32,000 nucleotides of DNA, from contig NC_003272.1 of assembly GCF_000009705.1 (NCBI RefSeq), positions 1,920,001 through 1,952,000 on the forward strand, given 5' to 3'. The translations under genes were made by a program, and so were the position numbers. Every line of letters starts with the position of its first letter. Position 1 is the stretch's first letter. A model generated the notes under the pieces. It searched no databases and had not been told where the DNA came from. It saw nothing but the letters and a program-made list of their open reading frames with translations. This stretch comes from Nostoc sp. PCC 7120 = FACHB-418 (GTDB taxonomy: Bacteria > Cyanobacteriota > Cyanobacteriia > Cyanobacteriales > Nostocaceae). This document shows, one piece after another, positions 9,376-17,533 of this stretch.

Positions 9376-10239
9376 ATGAAAAATATTTTACTTTGTACCG
9401 ATGGGTCAGCTTATGCTGAAAATGTATATCGATATGGAGCTTGGTTTGCTAGTCAATTTCACGCCAAAATTAATGTTTTGTTTGTCACCGATATTCGCAG
9501 TCAAAAGGTAGTTTCTACGGGTAACTTAAGCGGTAGTATTGGGCTGGGAGCTTCAGAACAATTGCTGAATGAATTAGTTAACTTAGAACATGAAAAAGCC
9601 AAGTTGAATAATCAACGGGCAAAATTGATTTTACAAAATGCTGCTGCAACTCTTAAAGCTGAGGGTATAGAAGATTTTAAGTTAACGAATAAAACAGGAT
9701 TTTTAGTAGATTGTTTCCATGAATTTGCAGAAAATCATGACTTAATTGTTTTAGGTAAACGGGGAGAAGCCGCAGATTTTGCATCGGGACATTTAGGCGC
9801 GAATTTAGATCGGATTATTCGTAGTAGTAGTAAACCATGCTTAGTTACTCCCCGCGAATTTAAAATAATTGATCGCATTTTAGTAACGTATGATGCTAGT
9901 TTAACTGGGAAAAAAATACTAGAATTTTTAGTAGATTATCCTGTATTTCAAAGTTTAGAAGTACATTTACTGACAGTAGCTAAAAGTAACTCAGATCAAA
10001 CAGCATCTACAAGACTGAATGAAGCTAAACAATTGTTGCAAAAAGCTAGATTTGAGCCGATTTGTAGCCTCCTAGAAGGTGAACCAGAAAAAGCGATCGC
10101 TCGATATGTGCAAGAAAACAAGATTAATTTACTGATGATGGGGGCTTACGGACATAGCCGTATTCGTCATCTGATTATTGGTAGCACCACAACTCAAATT
10201 CTTCGCAGCAGCAATATTCCCGTACTGGTCTTTCGTTGA
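9376..10239 (+). CDS. Universal stress protein, tandem USP domains
   Basis: 287-aa ORF with two USP-like halves, each ending in the ATP-binding-type motif (DLIVLGKRGEA... and NLLMMGAYGHSRIRHLIIGSTTTQILRSSNIPVLVFR). Confidence 0.85.
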   Translation: MKNILLCTDGSAYAENVYRYGAWFASQFHAKINVLFVTDIRSQKVVSTGNLSGSIGLGASEQLLNELVNLEHEKAKLNNQRAKLILQNAAATLKAEGIEDFKLTNKTGFLVDCFHEFAENHDLIVLGKRGEAADFASGHLGANLDRIIRSSSKPCLVTPREFKIIDRILVTYDASLTGKKILEFLVDYPVFQSLEVHLLTVAKSNSDQTASTRLNEAKQLLQKARFEPICSLLEGEPEKAIARYVQENKINLLMMGAYGHSRIRHLIIGSTTTQILRSSNIPVLVFR

Positions 10240-10269
10240 TCAAGTCTTCTAATTGAGAGTAATAATACG

Positions 10270-11973
10270 GTGTCCATTAATCCTATCAACAAAATTCACT
10301 TTCGCAATTGGCGAGGCGACCTATTTGGGGGCTTAACTGCGGCGATTGTCGCTTTACCCTTAGCCCTAGCCTTTGGTGTCGCTTCCCGTGCAGGTGCGAT
10401 CGCAGGACTTTATGGTGCGATCATCGTCGGCTTTTTTGCGGCTTTGTTTGGGGGAACACCAGCCCAAGTTTCTGGCCCTACAGGGCCGATGACTGTGGTA
10501 GTGACAACCGTGATTACTACCTTGATGGCGCGTTATCCCGATACGGGGTTAGAAATTGCATTTACCGTTGTCATGTTGGGCGGACTAATGCAAATCCTGT
10601 TTGGGGTGATGCGTCTGGGACAATATATCACCCTCCTGCCCTACACCGTCATCTCTGGCTTTATGTCAGGGATTGGCGTAATTATCATTTTGCTGCAATT
10701 ACCCCCCTTATTGGGTCATGCCGGCACGGGTGGCGTAGTCACAACTCTACAAAAACTGCCCGCCTATCTAAGTAATCCTAACTGGGTGGCTGTCGGGCTG
10801 GGGTTACTGACGTTGATTATTGTCTTTGCTGCTCCACCCAAACTAAATCGGGTTATACCTTCCCCTCTATTAGCTTTGGTGGCGGTAACAATTATTTCAG
10901 TGGTGGTATTCAAAGATGCCGATATAGCGCGCATTGGTAAGATTCCTAGCGGATTCCCCACTTTCCACAAGCCCACCTTTAATCTCCGCGAGTTAGCAGA
11001 TATGCTCAGGTATGGGCTGATGTTAGGGGTGTTGGGATCGATAGATTCGCTGTTAACTTCCTTGGTGGCTGATAATATTTCCCGTACTCAGCATGATTCT
11101 GACAAGGAATTAATAGGGCAAGGAATTGGCAATATGTTGGCGGGGTTATTTGGCGGATTACCCGGTGCAGGCGCAACCATGCGGACAGTTGTAAATGTCC
11201 AAGCTGGGGGGAAAACGCCCTTATCTGGGATGATTCATGCTTTGGTACTGCTGTTAGTTGTGTTTTGGGCAAGTCCATTAACAGCGCAGATTCCTAATGC
11301 AGTGCTGGCGGGACTTTTATTCAAGGTAGGTATTGATATTCTCGATTGGGGATTTATCAAACGTGCGCCCCGTCTTTCTTTGAAGGGTACGGGATTAATG
11401 TATTTGGTGTTGTTTCTCACCGTATTTGTAGATTTAATTACGGCGGTACTAGTAGGAGCGTTTATTGCCAATGTCCTGACAATTAAACGGTTAAGCGATG
11501 TCCAAAGTGATAATATTCAAGTCATTACTGACCCCACAGGAAATCAAAATCTTACTCCCACCGAGCAAGAAATTCTCACCCAAGCCGGAGGGGATATTTT
11601 ACTGCTGAAATTAGGGGGGCCAATGAGCTTTGGTGCAGCTAAAAGCATCTCTCGCCGGATGTCATTCGTGCAGAACTATCAAGCAATAGTATTAGATTTT
11701 AGTGAAGTCCCTAGTATTGGGATAACAGCTGCCCTCGCCATTGAATCTATAGTAGAAGATGCGATCGCACATCATCGCCACGTTTGGATAGTTGTTACCC
11801 GTGGACAAGTACAGCGACGCATTACCCACCTTGACTTGCAGCGATTCTGTCAGCCTCAGAAAACACAGGATGCGTCTTCTGGCAAGTTGTCAGCCCAAAT
11901 TAATCAGGTAGAAAGCCGCATACAGGCGTTAGAATCAGCGTTTGCGGTGATTCAGTTAGAAAGTCTTGCTTGA
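10270..11973 (+). CDS. bicA: SulP-family transporter, BicA-like (candidate Na+-dependent bicarbonate transporter) with STAS domain
   Basis: 567-aa ORF with a GTG start. The N-terminal block INKIHFRNWRGDLFGGLTAAIVALPLALAFGVASRAGAIAGLYGAIIVGFFAALFGGTP, and DKELIGQGIGNMLAGLFGGLPGAGATMRTVVNVQAGG, closely resemble the cyanobacterial BicA sequence as I remember it. Size and STAS tail also fit. The substrate assignment is by similarity only. Confidence 0.85.
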   Translation: MSINPINKIHFRNWRGDLFGGLTAAIVALPLALAFGVASRAGAIAGLYGAIIVGFFAALFGGTPAQVSGPTGPMTVVVTTVITTLMARYPDTGLEIAFTVVMLGGLMQILFGVMRLGQYITLLPYTVISGFMSGIGVIIILLQLPPLLGHAGTGGVVTTLQKLPAYLSNPNWVAVGLGLLTLIIVFAAPPKLNRVIPSPLLALVAVTIISVVVFKDADIARIGKIPSGFPTFHKPTFNLRELADMLRYGLMLGVLGSIDSLLTSLVADNISRTQHDSDKELIGQGIGNMLAGLFGGLPGAGATMRTVVNVQAGGKTPLSGMIHALVLLLVVFWASPLTAQIPNAVLAGLLFKVGIDILDWGFIKRAPRLSLKGTGLMYLVLFLTVFVDLITAVLVGAFIANVLTIKRLSDVQSDNIQVITDPTGNQNLTPTEQEILTQAGGDILLLKLGGPMSFGAAKSISRRMSFVQNYQAIVLDFSEVPSIGITAALAIESIVEDAIAHHRHVWIVVTRGQVQRRITHLDLQRFCQPQKTQDASSGKLSAQINQVESRIQALESAFAVIQLESLA

Positions 11974-12187
11974 AAAGTTTAATGGGTGGCAATTGGTGTG
12001 GATCATTAGCTTTATCAGACGCGATAAATCGCGCCTCTAAATGAGGATTTTGGGTTTATTTGAAGCATATTAAGTAACTGCCCAGGTAGGAAAGTCAGGG
12101 ATATTCCGGTGAGGGAAGAAAGATGGTAATGTTCAAGGATAAGTCCAGAAGAAAAAGATCAAAAAATAGAAAGGCTAGAGCAAGAGG

Positions 12188-12328
12188 TTAAAGCTCTGCT
12201 ATCCTTTCCAGCAGTGCTTTAACCTCATCTGCTTGTTTCTGAGCGATTGCGTGAACTATTTCTTTTTGACAACCCATTGCATCAATCGTAACAATACAAC
12301 CCGCGATGTCCAAGACTTTTATCAATCG
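12188..12328 (-). mobile_element. ISAs1-family (H-repeat) transposase remnant
   Basis: A minus-strand 46-codon frame bounded by stops reads RLIKVLDIAGCIVTIDAMGCQKEIVHAIAQKQADEVKALLERIAEL. The block GCIVTIDAMGCQK-x-I is the conserved core of ISAs1-type transposases. No full gene or IS ends are visible. Confidence 0.55.
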
Positions 12329-12369
12329 TTATATTTACGTATGTTGACTCAAAGAGCGATTTTTAAATT

Positions 12370-15300
12370 TTATTGCCACCACCGTGAAACATCTTGGATA
12401 GCAGAAGCTGTATCTCTCAATGCTTGTTCGCCACCTAAAGTATCTATAATTGGAGTTAGTATATTTATATCACTAAGTAAGCCTGGGCGAGTGTAAACAG
12501 ATAAGATGTGAAGAGTTTTTCCCCAGAGACAAAAAAGTTGAGTTTTTTGTATTTGTAAAAGTTTATCCACCAAACTACTCAGGACTTGGGCGCGATGCTT
12601 CTCATCCTGAATCCCCCTGGCAGCAGCCACAGCCTCTGGTAACAATTCTGGCAATTTATCAGCCAAATTACTTAGAACATCAGCACGATACTCTTCATCC
12701 TGAATCTTCCTAGCAGCAGCCACAGCCTCTGGTAACAATTCTGGCAATTTATCAGCCAAATTACTTAGAACATCAGCACGATACTCTTCATCCTGAATCT
12801 TCCTAGCAGCAGCCACAGCCTCTGGTAACAATTCTGGCAATTTATCAGCCAAATTACTTAGAACATCAGCACGATACTCTTCATCCTGAATCTCCCTAGC
12901 AGCAGCCAGAGCCTCTGGTAACAATTCTGGTGGCAATTTATCAGCCAAACTACTTAAGGCATTGGCGCGATAGTACTCATCCTGAATTTCCCTGGCTGCT
13001 GCCAGAGCCTTTGGTAACAATTCTGGTGGCAATTTATCAGCCAAATCACTTAGATTATAGGCGCGATTATGCCCGTCATCCTGAATCTCCCTGGTAGCAG
13101 CGAGAGCCTCTGGTAATAATTCTGGCAATTTATCAGCCAAACTTCTTAGGGCTAAGGAACGAGGATACTCATCCTGAATCCCCCTGGCAGCAGCTACCGC
13201 CTCTGGTAATAATTCTGGGAATTTATCAGCTAGACTTATTAGAACATAGGCGCGATAGTACTCATCCTCAGTCTCCCTGGCAGCAGCCACAGCCTCTGGT
13301 AATAATTCAGGTGGCAATTTATCAGCCAAACTACTTAAGCTATCGGCGCGACAATGCTCACTCAGAATCTCCCTGGCAGCAGCCAGAGCCTCTGGTAGCA
13401 CTTCTGGGAATTTATTAGCCAAATTACTTAGAGCATCGGAATGAAACGCATCATACTCGATCTCCCTAGCAGCAGCTACAGCCTCTGGTAACAATTCTGG
13501 CAACTGAACAGCCAAACTACCCAGAATAGAGGCGCGAAACTCTCCATATTCAATCTCCCTAGTAGCAGCCACAACTTCTGGTAGCAATTCTGGTGGCAAT
13601 TTATCAGCCAAACTTCTTAAGGCTTGGGCGCGATACTCCTCATCCTGAATCTCTATGGCAGCAGCTAGAGCCTCTGGTAACAATTCTGGAAATTTATCAG
13701 CCAAACTTCTTAAGGCTTGGGCGCGACTTGACTCAAACTGAATCTCCCTGGCAGCAGCTAGAGCCTCTGGTAACAATTCCGGCAATTTCGCAGCCAAACT
13801 ACTGAGAATATAGGCGCGATACTTCTCATCCTTAATCTCTCTGACAGCCACAGCCTCTGATAACAATTCTGGTGGTAATTTATTTGCTAAACTACTTAGA
13901 GCATCGTTGCGATACTTTTCATCCTCAATCTCCCTGGCAGCAGCGAGAGCCTCTGGTAATAATTCTGGTAATTTATCAGCCAAACTACTTAAGGCTTCGG
14001 CGCGATACTTTTCATCCTCAATTTCCCTGGCAACAGCGAGAGCCTCTGATAACAATTCTGGTGGCAATTTATCAGCCAAACTACTTAGAATATCAGCGCG
14101 ATTATAACCATTCTGAATCTCCCTGGTAGCAGCGAGAGCCTCTGGTAATAATTCTGGCAATTTATCAGCCAAACTACTTAGAATATAGGCGCGACTTGAT
14201 TCAAACTCAATCTCCCTGGCAGCAGCCAACGCCTCTGGTAACAGTTCTGGCAATTTATCACTCAAACTTCCCAGTACTTCGGCGCGATTCGCCTCATCCT
14301 GAATTTCCCTGGCAGCAGCCACAGCCTCTGGTAACAATTCTGGTGGTAATTTATTAGCCAAACTAATTAGAGCATCGCGGCGATTGTAGCTATTCTCAAT
14401 CTCCCTGGCAGCAGCCAACGCCTCTGGTAATAATTCTGGCAATTTATCAACCAAAATACTTAGAACAAAGACACGAGAATCCTCATCCTGAATCTCCCTG
14501 GCAGCAGCCACAGCCTCTGGTAACAATTCTGGTGGCAATTTAACAGCCAAACTACTTAGAATTCGAGCACGCCTAGACTCATCCTCAGTCTTTCTGGCAG
14601 TAGCTAGAGCCTCTGGTAACAATTCTGGCAATTTATCAGCCAAACTACCTAGTACCTGGGCGCGAAACTCCTCATCCTGAATCTCCCTGGCAGCAACCAG
14701 AGCCTCTGGTAACAATTCTGGCGGTAATTTGTCAGCCAAACTACCTAGTACCTGGGCGCGATAGCTCTCATACTCAATCTGCCTGGCAACAGCCAGAGCC
14801 TCTGGTAATAATTCTGGTGGCAGTTTAACAGCCAAACTACTTAGTACCTGGACGCGAAACTTTTCATCCTCAGCCTCCCTGGTATCAATCTTCCTAGTAG
14901 CAGCCAGAGCTTTCGACAGTGCTAATTCTTTTAACTTTGATGGCAAATGATTGGCTAGCTGTGTAAGCAAGTTTGCTTTCTGTGATGGATTCGAGCTTTG
15001 TATTGCGTAACTGAGTCCTTGCTCAGGAGTCCACATATTTTTTTCAACTAACGCAACCAACAGCCCTACTGGTAAATCCACTGTTAAACTATTAAGGGAT
15101 GCAATAATTAAAGCATAGCGACACTGCAACCCAATAACTTGAGCCAAGGTTGTTTCAGTCCAGGAGTTTTCTGCCAATTCCCAAGCACGAAAAACATCAG
15201 TTACAAAATTGGCAGTTTGTGATAGGCGCGCGCAAGCTTCGTACCAACCATTACCTCCTGTTTCTGAATCTTCTCGTAATAATTCGTGAATTTCTTCTAC

Positions 15301-16515
15301 CTTTTGAGCCTTGGACAAATGCCAAACTAAATGCTGATGGATATACCCGTCATTGGGTAAGGTATGCCAAAGATTTTCAGAGGTTTTATTTCGGTATGTC
15401 TCCAAAAAAGTAGCGTGAGCAGAGGCTAAAGTTATACCCAACCCCGATAGATTATCTTCATCCTCTGGGTTTGGTGGAGCAGTCAACAAATTACGTGCTA
15501 AGTCATGAAATAAGTCATGTAAACGGTACGTTGGTGTCCCATCTTTTAAAGGAACTCCAGGCGATAAAACTGCTTTATTTTCTAAGTATTCCAATGTCTT
15601 AGCAGCATCATATATATCCATTTTCCATAGAGTCGCTGCCATCATCTTAGTGATGGTAACATTTTTCGGTAATACCCCCAACCAAGAAAAATGCTCCTGC
15701 TTTTCTTTAGGCATTCGCTTGAGACTCAAATTTAATGATGCTGTTAAGCGCAAGCGTTTTAAAATGGTTTCATCAGTAATTTCTTCTGCTTTTGGTCGAG
15801 TAAGATTTTTTAATCGCGCTACCTCTTGCTGAAAATCCTCTAATAATTGAGTCCAAGTTGTACAACTGGCGATTTCAGCAGCTACCAATGACAACGCCAG
15901 AGGGAAATAACCAACGGATGAAGCTAAATCTTGCGCTGGCTGATATTCTATAGCAGTAATCGAGCGTCCTAATTTTTTAGTCAGCAGTTCCATTGCTTGG
16001 GATGGTTCCATCACATCCAAACAACATGGGGGGTTAGCTCCGAGAGCTTCGGCGATTTCTGCATCGCGGGTTGTTACCAAAACTTGACAGCTAGCTCCAC
16101 CAACATTAAATGCTTGTGCATCCTCTATATTCCAAACGTCGTCTATTATTAGCAGCACAGCTTTTTCATACAACAATGTACGCAGTTGATTGGAAGTTGC
16201 TTCCACACTGATGGGTTTAAAGTTGTAGTCCCCCAATGCTTGTACCCAAGCACTAAGCAGCGATAAAAGATTAGGCTGTTGACCTAAAGTTACCCAGAGA
16301 ATCCCGTCACAAAAATGAGCTTGCACCTCTTGGTCATATGCCAAAGCCATTGCCAGGGTAGATTTACCAACCGAAGCCAAGCCATCAATAGCTGTCACGA
16401 CCAAAGCACCTACATCTGATGAATTTTTCAGCAGACGAGTTTTTAACTCTCGGCTGTATTCGAGACGTTCTACATAATAATTTGGTAGAGATGGTGCGAG
16501 TAAGGTATCAATCAT
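12370..16515 (-). CDS. STAND NTPase of the APAF-1/NB-ARC type with a C-terminal array of ~24 HEAT/TPR-like 31-32-aa helical repeats (bacterial NLR-like protein)
   Basis: 1381-aa ORF. The NB-ARC motifs appear in order: Walker A GLASVGKST, Walker B LLIIDDVW, VLVTTR, GLPL-like GYFPLAL, MHD-like RLHDLFHDLA, then an APAF-1-like helical domain (YIHQHLVWHLSKA...). From about aa 564 to 1317 come repeats of consensus KLP(P)ELLPEALAAAREIQDEEYRAxVLSSLAD, then a 64-aa non-repeat cap ending QDVSRWWQ. Only ~25 aa precede the NTPase, so there is no effector domain. Confidence 0.9.
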   Translation of the reverse strand: MIDTLLAPSLPNYYVERLEYSRELKTRLLKNSSDVGALVVTAIDGLASVGKSTLAMALAYDQEVQAHFCDGILWVTLGQQPNLLSLLSAWVQALGDYNFKPISVEATSNQLRTLLYEKAVLLIIDDVWNIEDAQAFNVGGASCQVLVTTRDAEIAEALGANPPCCLDVMEPSQAMELLTKKLGRSITAIEYQPAQDLASSVGYFPLALSLVAAEIASCTTWTQLLEDFQQEVARLKNLTRPKAEEITDETILKRLRLTASLNLSLKRMPKEKQEHFSWLGVLPKNVTITKMMAATLWKMDIYDAAKTLEYLENKAVLSPGVPLKDGTPTYRLHDLFHDLARNLLTAPPNPEDEDNLSGLGITLASAHATFLETYRNKTSENLWHTLPNDGYIHQHLVWHLSKAQKVEEIHELLREDSETGGNGWYEACARLSQTANFVTDVFRAWELAENSWTETTLAQVIGLQCRYALIIASLNSLTVDLPVGLLVALVEKNMWTPEQGLSYAIQSSNPSQKANLLTQLANHLPSKLKELALSKALAATRKIDTREAEDEKFRVQVLSSLAVKLPPELLPEALAVARQIEYESYRAQVLGSLADKLPPELLPEALVAAREIQDEEFRAQVLGSLADKLPELLPEALATARKTEDESRRARILSSLAVKLPPELLPEAVAAAREIQDEDSRVFVLSILVDKLPELLPEALAAAREIENSYNRRDALISLANKLPPELLPEAVAAAREIQDEANRAEVLGSLSDKLPELLPEALAAAREIEFESSRAYILSSLADKLPELLPEALAATREIQNGYNRADILSSLADKLPPELLSEALAVAREIEDEKYRAEALSSLADKLPELLPEALAAAREIEDEKYRNDALSSLANKLPPELLSEAVAVREIKDEKYRAYILSSLAAKLPELLPEALAAAREIQFESSRAQALRSLADKFPELLPEALAAAIEIQDEEYRAQALRSLADKLPPELLPEVVAATREIEYGEFRASILGSLAVQLPELLPEAVAAAREIEYDAFHSDALSNLANKFPEVLPEALAAAREILSEHCRADSLSSLADKLPPELLPEAVAAARETEDEYYRAYVLISLADKFPELLPEAVAAARGIQDEYPRSLALRSLADKLPELLPEALAATREIQDDGHNRAYNLSDLADKLPPELLPKALAAAREIQDEYYRANALSSLADKLPPELLPEALAAAREIQDEEYRADVLSNLADKLPELLPEAVAAARKIQDEEYRADVLSNLADKLPELLPEAVAAARKIQDEEYRADVLSNLADKLPELLPEAVAAARGIQDEKHRAQVLSSLVDKLLQIQKTQLFCLWGKTLHILSVYTRPGLLSDINILTPIIDTLGGEQALRDTASAIQDVSRWWQ
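12566..14827 (-). repeat. Intragenic tandem repeat array, period 93/96 nt, ~24 units
   Basis: The motif ctctggtaacaattctgg(tgg)caatttatcagccaaa... recurs throughout. Units 12638-12730 and 12731-12823 are identical. Unit 12824-12916 differs from them at 2 positions. More 5-prime units (higher coordinates) are progressively more diverged. Confidence 0.9.
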
Positions 16516-16533
16516 CTTGTATATTACTGGCTT

Positions 16534-17097
16534 TTACAGCTTTTGATTGACTAGATATCTCCGAAAACGCTCAAAGCCTTTATGTTCTTCTAAAACTAAT
16601 TTTACTTTAAGCAGATCATAAGTTATGCTCTCATCATCTTCTATACCATCATCGCTTGGAGCATCTATGTATTCCCCGTCCCAGCGACGCTTAAAAGCGC
16701 TGTCTAAATAATAAATAGATTCATCTGATGTATTAATAGTGGCAATTATAAATAAGTTAGGGGGATTGTTAATTTTGCGATTTTCTAAATTTTTAAGTAG
16801 TCTCAATCAATTACTGTTTGAATCTCTTTCCAATTGAGATTTTAAGTTGCCAGTAAAAATACCAAAATTACTGCCGTTAATTTTTATTAAACCCTCAAGG
16901 TAAATATTAGCTTTATGTCCCATTACATTAAATAAACCAACCAATTACATTTCCGAGACATCAACCTCATAACTCGACCAATCGTCTTCTTACCTGTCCA
17001 GCAATTGAAAAACTGAACCAAATATAGCAGCAGCATTTCCTCGGTTTAATTCATCAATAACCAGGAGACAATTATCACTTAGAAGTAGTAGCCATAG
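16534..17097 (-). pseudogene. Decayed McrB-like AAA+ (AAA_5 / restriction GTPase subunit) gene lacking its Walker A half
   Basis: A single minus-strand frame reads ...CLLVIDELNRGNAAAIFGSVFQLLDR*EDDWSSYEVDVSEM*LVGLFNVMGHKANIYLEGLIKINGSNFGIFTGNLKSQLERDSNSN*LRLLKNLENRKINNPPNLFIIATINTSDESIYYLDSAFKRRWDGEYI.... That gives a McrB-type Walker B (IDE-x-NR), an NhhIIaTxNtxDxS block and an arginine-finger block (AFKRRW). The frame has three in-frame stops (16990-16992, 16945-16947, 16807-16809). The N-terminal P-loop region is missing and is replaced by the opposite-strand ORF at 17098. Track ORF 16534..16806 is the last open piece and ends 18 nt before the NB-ARC start. Confidence 0.7.
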
Positions 17098-17418
17098 ATG
17101 GCAAAACTCACTACAATTGAGTCATTAATTGGAGCAGTTGTTATTGAAGAATTTGGTGCTTTTACTTGGATTGGAAGACAATGGTACTTCACAAACTTCA
17201 CGGGTAAACCTTTTACTCGTAATGATTTTATTGAATGGTATTCCTGCCCAAGAGGAATGATATTACCTAATTGTCAGTACACTGATTTTCAAAATTGGGG
17301 TGGTAGTGCTGAATTAATTAACAAGAAAATCAAGTGGTATTTTATTGGACGAGATGAAAGTGGTAGACGTGTTAAGGGTGAAGCTGAAATTGAAGAATTT
17401 GGTGAGCTTATTGAGTAA
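17098..17418 (+). CDS. Hypothetical protein (orphan, 106 aa)
   Basis: The ORF has a protein-like composition (MAKLTTIESLIGAVVIEEFGAFTWIGRQWYF...). I recognise no family motif, and its reverse complement shows no McrB-like sequence. It sits at the breakpoint of the McrB-like remnant. Confidence 0.4.
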   Translation: MAKLTTIESLIGAVVIEEFGAFTWIGRQWYFTNFTGKPFTRNDFIEWYSCPRGMILPNCQYTDFQNWGGSAELINKKIKWYFIGRDESGRRVKGEAEIEEFGELIE

Positions 17419-17533
17419 ATTCTGAGGTGCGCTCACTCTCCTCAACTCCTGCTCTTATTACTTTACTTGGACTTGTGTGTACACCGTAGGTTCTCTAGAC
17501 GAAACACGGGCATAGGCAACTAATTCGGGAATT

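Noticed and set aside
7903-11471. Shadow ORFs inside the two SulP genes (7903..8109-, 8527..9009-, 10308..10775+, 10764..10976-, 11006..11278-, 11235..11471-)
   Set aside because: They are out of frame or antisense within genes with clear SulP/STAS motifs. The Arg/Cys/Trp-rich or Ala/Thr-rich translations are typical of wrong frames.
12017-12036. Palindrome AGACGCGATAAATCGCGCCT downstream of the BicA-like gene as an intrinsic terminator
   Set aside because: The stem is only 5-6 bp with a very tight loop and no T-tract. It resembles a common Nostoc dispersed palindrome rather than a terminator.
12233-12496. 87-aa + strand ORF
   Set aside because: It overlaps the 3-prime end of the NB-ARC gene on the other strand and the ISAs1-type remnant. 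It has no motif support.
12566-14827. Regular 93/96-bp periodicity considered as a possible CRISPR array or satellite
   Set aside because: There are no unique spacers. The periodicity is a multiple of 3 and lies entirely inside one long ORF, whose translation is a coherent helical-repeat protein. Track ORFs 13593..13805, 13872..14129 and 13907..14107 (+) are antisense artefacts of the same repeats, and their peptides are themselves periodic.
15150-15832. + strand ORFs 15150..15413 and 15650..15832
   Set aside because: They are antisense to the NB-ARC/helical-domain part of the 1381-aa ORF, which carries ordered NB-ARC motifs.
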